Source: Alkalispirochaeta sp. (GTDB lineage: Bacteria; Spirochaetota; Spirochaetia; DSM-27196; Alkalispirochaetaceae). From it: a stretch of DNA of 64,000 bases. The stretch lies in assembly GCA_965242725.1 (NCBI GenBank), contig CBDESZ010000004.1, forward strand, positions 352,001 through 416,000, written 5' to 3'. The notes under the pieces were generated by a model, which had not been told where the DNA came from, ran no database searches, and saw nothing but the letters and a program-made list of their open reading frames with translations. Position 1 is the stretch's first letter, and each line of letters begins with the position of its first letter. This document shows, piece after piece, positions 1 through 9,211 of this stretch. A program made the position numbers and the translations under genes.

Positions 1-1002
1 GATGGCGGGGACTTGGCGCCGTTCGAACCGGGCCAGTTCTTGACCCTCGACTTGGATATTCCGGGACAGGACAAGCCGGTGGTGCGGACCTATTCGTTGT
101 CCGACGCGCCGAACCCGTCGTGCTATCGCGTCAGCATAAAACGCGAGCCGGCGCCGTCCGGGCAGCCGGACGTGCCGCCGGGGTTGTCATCGACCTATTT
201 CCACGACGACGTCGAGGTCGGCACGACGCTGCGGGTCGGCCCGCCGCGCGGCAAGTTCCATCTGGACCAAGGGAGCGAGCGGCCGGTGGTACTGCTGAGC
301 GGCGGGGTCGGGCTGACGCCGATGGTGAGCATGATGAACGCGATCATGGACAGCGGCGGGGATCGGCCGGTGTGGTTCGTGCACGGGGTGCGCAATGGCC
401 GCGAGCACGCTCTGGGCGCGCACTGCCGGCGGTGCGCGGCGACGAACGAGAACGTTCACGTCCACGTCTGCTACAGCGATCCGGCGCCGGACGACGTCGC
501 CGGGCGGGACTATGACAGCCGGGGCCGGGTCGAAGTTGGGCTGCTGAAACGGTTGTTGCCGTTCGACGACTACGATTTTTATCTATGCGGGCCGACGCCG
601 TTCATGCAGTCGCTGTACCGCGGACTGACGGCGCTGAACGTGCCGGAGGCGCGCATCCACTACGAATTTTTCGGGCCGGGGTCACTGCTGCAAGACGACG
701 CCGGGCCGGCCGGCGAAGCGCCGCAAGCGGAAGCGGAACTGGTCGGCGGGGCGCAGGTGGTGTTCGCACGCTCCGGCATCACGGCCGATTGGGACCCGGC
801 TTGCGAGACGATCCTGGATTTGGCGGAGCGGCACGGCCTGAGCCCCGACTACAGTTGCCGCTCGGGGATTTGCAGCACGTGCAGTGCCGCGGTGACCGAG
901 GGCGAGGTCGAGTACCTGGAACCGCCGATGGACGAACCGGCGGCGGGGCATGTGCTGATCTGCTCGGCGCGGCCACGGACCAATATCGTCGTCGAGATAT
1001 GA
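1..1002 (+). CDS. FAD/NAD(P)H-binding oxidoreductase (FNR-like) with C-terminal plant-type 2Fe-2S domain; 5' end probably outside the window
   Basis: RTYSLS flavin motif, GGVGLTP NAD-binding motif, YLCGP and YEFF motifs, and C-terminal CRSGICSTC...C ferredoxin motif. The frame is open to base 1. Confidence 0.88.
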   Translation, partial: DGGDLAPFEPGQFLTLDLDIPGQDKPVVRTYSLSDAPNPSCYRVSIKREPAPSGQPDVPPGLSSTYFHDDVEVGTTLRVGPPRGKFHLDQGSERPVVLLSGGVGLTPMVSMMNAIMDSGGDRPVWFVHGVRNGREHALGAHCRRCAATNENVHVHVCYSDPAPDDVAGRDYDSRGRVEVGLLKRLLPFDDYDFYLCGPTPFMQSLYRGLTALNVPEARIHYEFFGPGSLLQDDAGPAGEAPQAEAELVGGAQVVFARSGITADWDPACETILDLAERHGLSPDYSCRSGICSTCSAAVTEGEVEYLEPPMDEPAAGHVLICSARPRTNIVVEI

Positions 1003-1024
1003 GGGCGTCGGTCGGGACAGCCGG

Positions 1025-1690
1025 GTGAGCGGGGCGACGGCCGAACCCTGCCCGTTGTGTGGCGGCACGGGGATTGTCGCCTACCACCGCGACAAGGTTC
1101 GTGAATACCGCCATTGCAGGACGTGCGATTTGGTGTTTGTGCCGCGGGGGCAGCACTTGTCGGCGGCGGATGAGAAGGCGGTTTATGACCGCCATGACAA
1201 CCGGGTGGACGATCCGGGGTACCGGCGGTTTCTGGGGCGGTTGTTTACGCCGCTGAACGGGCGGTTGGCGGCGGGGTCTCGGGGGCTCGACTTCGGGTGC
1301 GGGCCGGGGCCGGCGTTGGCGCGGATGTTCGACGAGGCGGGGCACACGGTGGCGCTGTACGACCCGTTCTACGCGCCGGACGATGGGGTGCTGGGGACGC
1401 GGTACGATTTTATTACGCTGAGCGAAGTGGCCGAGCATTTGGCGGCGCCGGGGGCGGTACTGGACCGGCTGTGGGGGCAGTTGCTGCCGGGGGGATGGCT
1501 CGGGGTCATGACCAAGCGGGTGCGGGACCGAGAGGCGTTCAAGACCTGGCACTACATTTTGGACCCGACGCATGTTTGTTTCTTTTCGGAAGCGACGTTC
1601 GAGTGGCTGGCGGCGCGGTGGTCGGCGATGGGTACGCCCGCGACATTGGTCGTCGCGGGGGACGATGTGGTGTTGGTTGGGAAAGACTAG
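1025..1690 (+). CDS. Class I SAM-dependent methyltransferase with N-terminal Zn-ribbon
   Basis: CPLC...CRTC Zn-ribbon, LDFGCGPG motif I, EVAEHL motif, DPTHVCFFS. Confidence 0.85.
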   Translation: MSGATAEPCPLCGGTGIVAYHRDKVREYRHCRTCDLVFVPRGQHLSAADEKAVYDRHDNRVDDPGYRRFLGRLFTPLNGRLAAGSRGLDFGCGPGPALARMFDEAGHTVALYDPFYAPDDGVLGTRYDFITLSEVAEHLAAPGAVLDRLWGQLLPGGWLGVMTKRVRDREAFKTWHYILDPTHVCFFSEATFEWLAARWSAMGTPATLVVAGDDVVLVGKD

Positions 1691-1702
1691 GAGCACCCCA
1701 GT

Positions 1703-2245
1703 TTGGCCGATGAACTGAAGATCGTTGCGTATGACCCGGCTTGGGTCGACGGTTATCGGCGGGCGCGGGATCGATTGATGGGCCTGCCGGGAAGTCCGTT
1801 TGCAGACGTGGAACACATCGGCAGCACGGCGGTGCCGGGCCTCGCGGCGAAGCCGGTGGTCGACATGTTGGCCTCGGTCGAGAACCTGGGGGCGGTCGAG
1901 GCTTTCTCGGCGCGGTTGGAAGACCTCGGCTATCGGGAGCGCGACGCCGGGTTTGCGTACCGGAAGCTCCTGCAAAGAACCGCGTCGGATGGGCGGCTGT
2001 CTTACAACCTGCACATCGTCACGACGGCGGCGTGGCCGGAAGCGACGGAACGGCTGTTTCGCGACTGGCTTTGCGCCCACCCCGATGTTGCCGACGCCTA
2101 CGCCGATTTGAAGGTTGCGCTGGCGGCGCGGCACGGTGGCGATCTGCGGGCGTACACGGACGCCAAGAGCGATTTCATTCGCCCTGTCATTAACGCCGCC
2201 CGTGGCGCGCGGGGGCTTCCGCCGAAGACCGATTGGCGGGAATGA
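1703..2245 (+). CDS. GrpB/UPF0157 family protein (nucleotidyltransferase-like fold)
   Basis: EHIGSTAVPGLAAKPVVD, FRDWL and AYTDAKSDFI family motifs. SD AGGAG lies before the TTG start. Confidence 0.88.
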   Translation: MADELKIVAYDPAWVDGYRRARDRLMGLPGSPFADVEHIGSTAVPGLAAKPVVDMLASVENLGAVEAFSARLEDLGYRERDAGFAYRKLLQRTASDGRLSYNLHIVTTAAWPEATERLFRDWLCAHPDVADAYADLKVALAARHGGDLRAYTDAKSDFIRPVINAARGARGLPPKTDWRE

Positions 2246-2261
2246 CCTCGTGGTCGTTGGC

Positions 2262-4115
2262 TTAGGAAGCGGGCTCCGGCGCCGGCACCATATTGGGTTC
2301 GATGGCTTCCTCGGCGGCCGATTGTTGGCGGGTCCAGAGGGCGTGGTAGGCGCCGCGTTTGTCTAGGAGTTCGGCGTGGCGGCCGCGTTCGACGATTTTG
2401 CCGTTTTCCATGACGAGGATTTGGTCGGCGTCGATGACGGTGGAGAGGCGGTGGGCGATGACCAACGTGGTGCGGTTGGCGGAGACGCGGGTGAGTGCCG
2501 CCTGGATTTCCTTTTCGGTGTGGCTGTCGAGCGCCGAGGTGGCTTCGTCGAACAGGAGGATCCTCGGGTTCTTGAGGATGGTTCTGGCGATGGCGACGCG
2601 TTGCTTTTCACCGCCGGAGAGTTTTAGGCCGCGTTCGCCGACGCGGGTGTTGTAGCCGTCGGGCAGGTTCATGACGAAGTCGTGGACCTGGGCCATGCGG
2701 GCGGCGTCTTCGACCTCGGCCGGGGTGGCGGTGGGGCGGCCGTACTGGATGTTGTAGAAAATGGTGTCGTTAAACAGCACGGTGTCCTGGGGGACGATGC
2801 CGATGGCGCGGCGCAGGCTGTCCTGGCCGACGTCGCGGAGGTCCTGGCCGTCGATGGTGACGGCGCCGTCGTCGACGTCGTAGAAGCGGAACAGCAGACG
2901 GCTGATGGTCGACTTGCCGGCGCCGGTGGGGCCGACGATGGCGACGGTGTTGCCGGCGGGGACGGTGAAGCTGACGTCCTTGAGGATGGGGCGGCGAGCG
3001 TCGTAGCCGAAGGTGACGTGATCGAAGGCGACGACGCCGCCGTCGACGCAGATCTCGGCGGCGCCGGGCTTGTCCTCGATCTCCTTGTTCTCGTTGAGCA
3101 GGGAGAACATGGATTCCATGTCGGTGAGGGACTGCTTGATTTCGCGGTAGACGAAGCCGAGGAAATTCAACGGCACCGCGAGTTGCAGCATGTAGACGTT
3201 GACGGCGACGAAATCGCCGACGGTCATGGTGCCGGCGGCGACGCCGAAGCCGGCCATGACCATGACCGAGGTGAGGCCGACGGCGAGGATGAGGGCCTGG
3301 CCGATGTTGAGGAGCGCGAGGGACGTGAGGGAGCGGACGGCCATGCGTTCATAGTTCTGCATGGCGCTGTCGTAGCGGCTGGCCTCGTGGCCCTCGTTGC
3401 CGAAGTACTTGACGGTCTCGTAGTTGAGCAGGCTGTCGATGGCCTTGGTGTTGGCCTGGCTGTCGCTTTCGTTCATGGCGCGGCGGAACTTGAGGCGCCA
3501 TTCGGTGACGATCAGGGTGTAGGCGATGTAGGCGACGAGGGTGCCGAGGAAGACGGCGCTGAAGCTGATGCCGTAGAGGCGCCAGAGAATGCCGGTGACC
3601 AACAGGATCTCGACCAAGGTCGGGCCGATGTTGAACAGCATAAAGCGCAGCAGGAAATCGATGCCCTTGATGCCGCGCTCGATGGCGCGGGACAGGCCGC
3701 CGGTCTGGCGGTCGAGGTGAAAGCGCAGGGCGAGGCCGTGCAGGGTGCGGAAGGTGCGCAGCGCGACGGTGCGGATGGCGCGCTGGCCGACGCGGGCGAA
3801 GACGAAGTCGCGCAGCTCGCCCATGATGCGCGAGGTGACGTTGAACAGGCCGTAGGCGACGATGAGGGCGATGGGGACGGCGATGGCCAACCCGGCCTCG
3901 GACTGTTCGGTGAAGCTGTCGACGACCTGCTTGTAAATCAGCGGGACGTAGACAATGGCGACCTTGGCGCCGACCAGCAGGGCGACGGCGATGATGACGC
4001 GGATCTTGGTGTCCCACTCGCCGGCCGGCCACAAATACGGCAGCAAGGCGCGGATGGCGCGGGTCTCGTGGCCTTGGGGCGGGCGGTAGGCGAACTCAGG
4101 GGACGATCGACGCAT
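2262..4115 (-). CDS. Atm1/HMT1-type ABCB exporter (fused permease and ATPase)
   Basis: FHLDRQTGGLSRAIERG and DSLLNYETVKYF (Atm1-type), Walker A GPTGAGKST, LSGGEKQR signature, DEATSALD. Start taken at ATG 4115. Confidence 0.92.
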   Translation of the reverse strand: MRRSSPEFAYRPPQGHETRAIRALLPYLWPAGEWDTKIRVIIAVALLVGAKVAIVYVPLIYKQVVDSFTEQSEAGLAIAVPIALIVAYGLFNVTSRIMGELRDFVFARVGQRAIRTVALRTFRTLHGLALRFHLDRQTGGLSRAIERGIKGIDFLLRFMLFNIGPTLVEILLVTGILWRLYGISFSAVFLGTLVAYIAYTLIVTEWRLKFRRAMNESDSQANTKAIDSLLNYETVKYFGNEGHEASRYDSAMQNYERMAVRSLTSLALLNIGQALILAVGLTSVMVMAGFGVAAGTMTVGDFVAVNVYMLQLAVPLNFLGFVYREIKQSLTDMESMFSLLNENKEIEDKPGAAEICVDGGVVAFDHVTFGYDARRPILKDVSFTVPAGNTVAIVGPTGAGKSTISRLLFRFYDVDDGAVTIDGQDLRDVGQDSLRRAIGIVPQDTVLFNDTIFYNIQYGRPTATPAEVEDAARMAQVHDFVMNLPDGYNTRVGERGLKLSGGEKQRVAIARTILKNPRILLFDEATSALDSHTEKEIQAALTRVSANRTTLVIAHRLSTVIDADQILVMENGKIVERGRHAELLDKRGAYHALWTRQQSAAEEAIEPNMVPAPEPAS

Positions 4116-4163
4116 TCGGGGCAATGTCGGTCGCCGGTCGCGCCCGGTCAAGTTACCGTGATG

Positions 4164-5453
4164 TCATTCGGCCAGCAGGAAGGTGAAATCGGCCCGTTCG
4201 CCGGCGGCGGTGCGGGCGGCGGCGTGGCAGGACATGCAACTGCCACTGAGGTCGGTCTGTACGAAGGTTTCGAGGGCAGTGTTGGTGAGATAGCGGGGCA
4301 CCTCCCCTACCCCGGCGGACGGGCCGCCGCGGTTGCCGCGCCACTGGGTGCCCATGAGCTGGTAGTTGGCGAGGACGGTGCCGGATAGCTCGGCGCGCCA
4401 GGCGCGGTTGAGGGCGGCGGTGCCGTCGAAGATGCGCCAACAGCGGACGACTTGGCTGCCGAAGCCGCCGGCCACGGCGTGGCGGGCGAAGGGCGGGTCG
4501 GCGGCCCAGCGGGGGTCGGCGACGGTGTCGGTGTTGGTGCGGCAGTCCGGGCAGTCGGCGGTGAAGAAGCTCCACGGGGTGGTGGCTTCGCTTGGGGCGT
4601 GGCAGCCGTCGGGGAACGGGTCACCGGGGAAGATGTTGTTAGCGTTGCGGGCGTTGGCGGCGACGGGGGCGTTGTCGAGGTGCTCGAAGGTCGACCAGAT
4701 CCAGTCGTCGCCGTTGCCGCTGCGGACCTTGCGCATGATGTGCATGCCGACGAGTCCGAGGGTGACGGCGTGACAGCGGGCGCGGCCGTCGACGCTGTCG
4801 GCGGCGGCGACGGCGATGCGGCCGGGCACGGTGAGGAAGCGGCCGGCGGCGGCGGGGTCGACGACGCGCCAGGCGGTTTTGACGATGACGGCGCCGGGGG
4901 CGCCGCCGGCGCGGGCGGCCGGGTCACCGTAGTGGCCGTCGGGGAACGCAACGGGGACGTGGCCGGCGGCATGGGCGGCGACGGGGCGGCCGGCGGCGGC
5001 GTTCACGCGGGTGTCGTAGACGACGTAGTTGAGGTCGCGGTCGATAAGGACCTCGCCGGTGGCCTGGCGAAACGCCGCGGTGACGACGGGGCCGCCGGGC
5101 GGTGCTGCGGCGCACTCTGGCGGGGCGGGCTTGGTGGCCGGCGGGGTCATGTATTGCCAGCGGCGGGGGGCGTCGGGCCGAGTGCCGACGGCGTCGGCCA
5201 GGGGTTGGCCGGCGGCGTCGACGGGCCAGTTGAGGGCGACGAAGCTCTGCCAGGAAAACAGGTCGAACTGATCCTGGGTGCCGGGGGTCATGAAACGGTA
5301 GACCGCGGTGGCGAAGAAGCCGGGGATGTCGTGGGGCAGCGCGGCGCAGACGGTGGCGCCGCCGGTGTCGCAGAAGAAGCCGTCGGGCGGCTCGGCGGCC
5401 GCAGCGGGCAGGCTGAAGAGGGCGAACAACGCGGCGGCGATTATGCGGCGCAC
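4164..5453 (-). CDS. Exported protein with a single C-terminal c-type heme motif (uncharacterised cytochrome c-like family)
   Basis: Signal peptide (VRRIIAAALFALFSLPAAAA) after SD AAAGGA. Blocks FSWQSFVALNWP, LVGMHI and WIWSTFEH. C-terminal SCMSCH. Confidence 0.7.
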   Translation of the reverse strand: MRRIIAAALFALFSLPAAAAEPPDGFFCDTGGATVCAALPHDIPGFFATAVYRFMTPGTQDQFDLFSWQSFVALNWPVDAAGQPLADAVGTRPDAPRRWQYMTPPATKPAPPECAAAPPGGPVVTAAFRQATGEVLIDRDLNYVVYDTRVNAAAGRPVAAHAAGHVPVAFPDGHYGDPAARAGGAPGAVIVKTAWRVVDPAAAGRFLTVPGRIAVAAADSVDGRARCHAVTLGLVGMHIMRKVRSGNGDDWIWSTFEHLDNAPVAANARNANNIFPGDPFPDGCHAPSEATTPWSFFTADCPDCRTNTDTVADPRWAADPPFARHAVAGGFGSQVVRCWRIFDGTAALNRAWRAELSGTVLANYQLMGTQWRGNRGGPSAGVGEVPRYLTNTALETFVQTDLSGSCMSCHAAARTAAGERADFTFLLAE

Positions 5454-5544
5454 GGGCGGGGTCCTTTCGGCGGGCAGTGTACCACGGCTTGACCGGTCGG
5501 GCGGGGCATGCACATGACACCGGGCTGTAAGGAGAGGAGCGATC

Positions 5545-6378
5545 ATGGCAACGAACGGCACACCAACGATCAGCGGCCACGGGGCCGACATCCCGGCGAT
5601 GGGCTTCGGGACCTGGCCGATGAGCGGGCGGACCTGTGCCGAGGCGGTGGCCGAGGCGCTACGGGTCGGCTACCGCCACGTAGACACGGCGGCGGCCTAC
5701 GGCAACGAAGCCGACGTGGGACAAGGCATTCGCGACAGCGGGGTGGCGCGGGACGAGATCTTCGTCACCACCAAGATTTGGCCGGACGACTTCGGCGATA
5801 TCGAGGGGGCTGCGGCGGCCGGCGTGGCGCGGCTGGGGATCGACGCGGCGGACTTGATCCTGGCGCACTGGCCGCACCCGGCGACGCCGGTGGCGGACAT
5901 CGTCGCGGGGCTGAACGCGGTGCAGCGGGCGGGCCTGGCGCGGCACGTCGGGGTGTCGAACTTCAATGTGAGCCAACTGCGGGCGGCGTGGGATGCGACG
6001 GAGGTGCCGCTGGTGGCGCACCAGTTCGAGGTGCACCCGTTCCTGAACCAGGTGGGGATGCTGGCGACGACGCGGGAGCTGGGGATGGTGCCGATCGCCT
6101 ACTGTCCGGTGGGGCGGGGGCGGAGCTTCGACGAGCCGGTGGTGCGGGAGATCGCGGCGCGGGCGGGCAAGACGCCGGCGCAGGTGGTGCTGCGCTGGCA
6201 CCTGGAGAACGGCGTCGTGGCGATCCCGAAAAGCCAGACGGCGTCACGGATCGCCGAGAACTTCGACATCTTGGATTTTGCGCTGACGGCGGACGAGGTG
6301 GCGGCGATCAGCGGGCTGGCGCGGCCGGGGGAGCGGATTTGTTCGATGGAGGCGTTTCAGACGGACTGGGACGGCTAG
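5545..6378 (+). CDS. Aldo/keto reductase (DkgB-like)
   Basis: MGFGTW, GYRHVDTAAAYGNE, FVTTKIW, LAHWP, GVSNF and IPKS motifs. SD GAGGAG. Confidence 0.92.
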   Translation: MATNGTPTISGHGADIPAMGFGTWPMSGRTCAEAVAEALRVGYRHVDTAAAYGNEADVGQGIRDSGVARDEIFVTTKIWPDDFGDIEGAAAAGVARLGIDAADLILAHWPHPATPVADIVAGLNAVQRAGLARHVGVSNFNVSQLRAAWDATEVPLVAHQFEVHPFLNQVGMLATTRELGMVPIAYCPVGRGRSFDEPVVREIAARAGKTPAQVVLRWHLENGVVAIPKSQTASRIAENFDILDFALTADEVAAISGLARPGERICSMEAFQTDWDG

Positions 6379-6380
6379 GC

Positions 6381-7301
6381 CTAGTCGGTGGCGCAGTCGC
6401 CGGCGGGGCGGCCGAGGACGCGGTCTAGGTCGCGGACGATGGCGGCGCAGGGGTGGAACCAGACGGCGAGGTTGGGGTTCTGGTGGGCGACCTTGTCGGG
6501 GATCTGCTTGGTCTTGCGGTGACGGCGCTTGAGGTTGGCGCGGTCGAGGTTGACGCTGGCGACGTTGAGGCCGACGGCGCGGGAGATGCCGTTTTCGGTG
6601 ACGAGCAGGGGCGCGCCGGACGAGCCGCCGACGGTGTCGCAGCCGTGGAACAGGGAATGGTCGAGTTCGAGGCCGTGGAAGTCGGCGAGGAACAGGGTGG
6701 TGGGGCCGCGATAGGCGGGGCAATCGGCCTGCAATAGGGCGCCGTCCTCGTGGTCGCCGTGAAAGCCGACCATGGAAATGGCGCCGTTGAGAGCGGCGAC
6801 GTCGGCGGCGGCGACGGTGCGATAGTCGATGGGGCCGCAGCCGGGGACGGACCACGGCAACTCGAGGATGGCGTAGTCGAGGTGCATGCGGCGGGCGGTG
6901 CGCAGGCCGCCGTCGATGCCGGCGGTGACGGCGACGTCGGAGAAGCGGAACTCGCGCAACTCGCCGTCGACGACAATGGCGGCGCGTTCGGACCACGGGG
7001 CGCCGGCGTTGTCGAAGACGCCGTGGTAGGTGGCGACGACGGTGCGGCAGTTGCCGACGAACCAGGCGGTGGAGCCGGCGTTTTCGAACAACAGGCGGAC
7101 GACGCCGCGGAGTTTCTGGCGCTCGATGGGCTGCAAGGGGCGGCGGTCGTCGGCGCCGATCATGTTGACGTGCTGGCGCAGGCCGACGGCGGGTTCGGGC
7201 GGCGCGACACGGGCGGGCTGGGCTACGGCGGCGGGCGCGGCGGCGATCAGGGCGGCAAATGTCGCTGCCGCGAAGGTCAACAGGGGCGCGGTTTTGGGCA
7301 T
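6381..7301 (-). CDS. Secreted trypsin-like (V8-type) serine protease
   Basis: Signal peptide. Catalytic triad candidates ATYH, DYAILEL and CDTVGGSSGAP. Confidence 0.72.
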   Translation of the reverse strand: MPKTAPLLTFAAATFAALIAAAPAAVAQPARVAPPEPAVGLRQHVNMIGADDRRPLQPIERQKLRGVVRLLFENAGSTAWFVGNCRTVVATYHGVFDNAGAPWSERAAIVVDGELREFRFSDVAVTAGIDGGLRTARRMHLDYAILELPWSVPGCGPIDYRTVAAADVAALNGAISMVGFHGDHEDGALLQADCPAYRGPTTLFLADFHGLELDHSLFHGCDTVGGSSGAPLLVTENGISRAVGLNVASVNLDRANLKRRHRKTKQIPDKVAHQNPNLAVWFHPCAAIVRDLDRVLGRPAGDCATD

Positions 7302-7456
7302 GTAGGCCGTTTTTGGTTAGCGGTACCGGCGATAACCTTACGGCGGCGGCGCGGTGGCCCGGAACGGTGACATGGACATACTCCATTGGGGGCAAACGGG
7401 GCGGCGTTGGCGGCGGGCGTTGCGGTGGTAGAGTTGGGCGGCGCGAAGGAAGGCGG

Positions 7457-9211
7457 ATGGTGAGCACGCAACGGAAAATGCGATGGCCGTGGATCGCCGG
7501 GGTGGCGGCCGTGGCGGGCCTGGCGCTGGTGGCGCTGGTGTTCGCCGGGTCGTACTCATGGTTCCGCAACGCCGAACTGGCGCGGGCGGAAAGCCGGGCA
7601 CAGCTTTACCAAAGCACGCTGGTGGCGGCGCTGGAGCGGTTCCAGCACTTGCCGTTCATCTTGGCGCAAGACCGGGCGGTGGTGCGGGCGGCGGCCGGGA
7701 CCGGGCGGGACGCGCTGAACGAACGGCTGGCGGAATTCGCGGCGCTGGCGCAGCTCGAGGCGATTTACCTGATGGACACGTCGGGGCTGACGGTGGCGGC
7801 ATCGAACCACGCCGCCGAGCTGACGTTCCTGGGCCAGAACTACGGCTTCCGGCCGTACTTCCAAGACGCCTTGGCGGGGCAGCGGGGTGAATTCTTCGCG
7901 ATCGGCGCGACGACGAGCCGGCCGGGATACTTCGTCGCCGAAGGGGTGCGGGACGGCGACGGCGTGGTGGTCGGGGTGCTGGCGATCAAGGTCGACCTGA
8001 GCGACCTGGCGGCGGCCTGGGCGGCCGGCGGCGAGCCGGTACTGGTGGCCAACGCCGACGGCGTGGTGGTGCTGGCGTCGGAGCCGGCGTGGCAATACCA
8101 GACGCTGGCGCCGCTGTCGGCGGCGCAACGGGCGGCGATCGCGGCGGAGCGGCAGTTCGGCAGCGAACAACTGGCGCCGATCGGCTGGCGGCAGGAGGCG
8201 GCGGACGCAGTGGTGCTGGACGGGCGCGACTACGTGCACGTGGCGTCGCCGGTGACGCGGCTGGGCTGGACGCTGCACTTCCTGGCGGACGAGCGGCGGG
8301 TGCTGGAACGGGTGTGGGGCGCGGTGGTCGCGGCGGCGATCATCCTGGCGCTGCTGGCGGCGCTGTTCATCTATCTACGGGCAGAGAGGATGCGAGCGGC
8401 GTTGCAGTTGTCGCAGGCGGACCGGCGGCAATTGCGGGCGGTGAACACGCAACTGGCCGGGGAAATCAAGGAACGGCGGGCGGCGGAAGAGCGGCTGGAG
8501 GAAGCGCAGTCGGAACTGCAGCGGGCGAGCAAGCTGGCGGCGCTGGGGCAACTGGCGGCGTCGGTGACCCATGAGTTGGGGCAACCGCTGTCGGCGATGC
8601 GCAACTACCTGACGGTGGCGGAATTCGCCGGCGAGCGGGGCACCACGGACCTGGCGGCGCACCTGCGGCGCATCGTGGCGCGGATGGAGAACATCACCAA
8701 GCAACTGCGGTTCTTCGCCGGGCCGGGGGAAAACAAGCTGGAGGACTTCGACCTGCGGGCGGTGCTGGACGGGGCGTCGGTGCTGGTGCAACACGACGTG
8801 CGGGCGGCGGGCATCGCGCTGACCGTCGAGCAGCCGGCGGCGCCGGTGACGGTGACGGGGAACCGGCTTCGGGTCGAACAGGTGCTGGTCAACTTGCTGA
8901 AAAACGCCATCGCGGCGATGGCGGAGACGCCGGATGGGACGCTGACGGTGTCGATCACCGCGGCGGCGCCGTACGCCGAGTTGGCGGTAGCGGACACGGG
9001 ACATGGGCTGGGTGGGATGACCATCGAGCAACTGCGCGAGCCGTTCCACACGACGCGGGCGTCGGGCGAAGGCATGGGGCTGGGCCTGGCGATCGCGGCG
9101 GAGATCGTCAAGGAGCACGGTGGGCGGTTGAGCGCGGCCGAGCGTGACGGCGGCGGCGCGGTGTTCACGGTGGCGCTGCCGCTAACGGCAGCAGCAGCCG
9201 CGACGGCATGA
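7457..9211 (+). CDS. dctB: DctB-type C4-dicarboxylate sensor histidine kinase
   Basis: Two TM segments flank a dCache-type periplasmic domain (GQNYGFRPYF). H-box HELGQP, N-box NLLKNA, G-boxes DTGHG and GMGLGL. The stop overlaps the regulator start. Confidence 0.85.
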   Translation: MVSTQRKMRWPWIAGVAAVAGLALVALVFAGSYSWFRNAELARAESRAQLYQSTLVAALERFQHLPFILAQDRAVVRAAAGTGRDALNERLAEFAALAQLEAIYLMDTSGLTVAASNHAAELTFLGQNYGFRPYFQDALAGQRGEFFAIGATTSRPGYFVAEGVRDGDGVVVGVLAIKVDLSDLAAAWAAGGEPVLVANADGVVVLASEPAWQYQTLAPLSAAQRAAIAAERQFGSEQLAPIGWRQEAADAVVLDGRDYVHVASPVTRLGWTLHFLADERRVLERVWGAVVAAAIILALLAALFIYLRAERMRAALQLSQADRRQLRAVNTQLAGEIKERRAAEERLEEAQSELQRASKLAALGQLAASVTHELGQPLSAMRNYLTVAEFAGERGTTDLAAHLRRIVARMENITKQLRFFAGPGENKLEDFDLRAVLDGASVLVQHDVRAAGIALTVEQPAAPVTVTGNRLRVEQVLVNLLKNAIAAMAETPDGTLTVSITAAAPYAELAVADTGHGLGGMTIEQLREPFHTTRASGEGMGLGLAIAAEIVKEHGGRLSAAERDGGGAVFTVALPLTAAAAATA

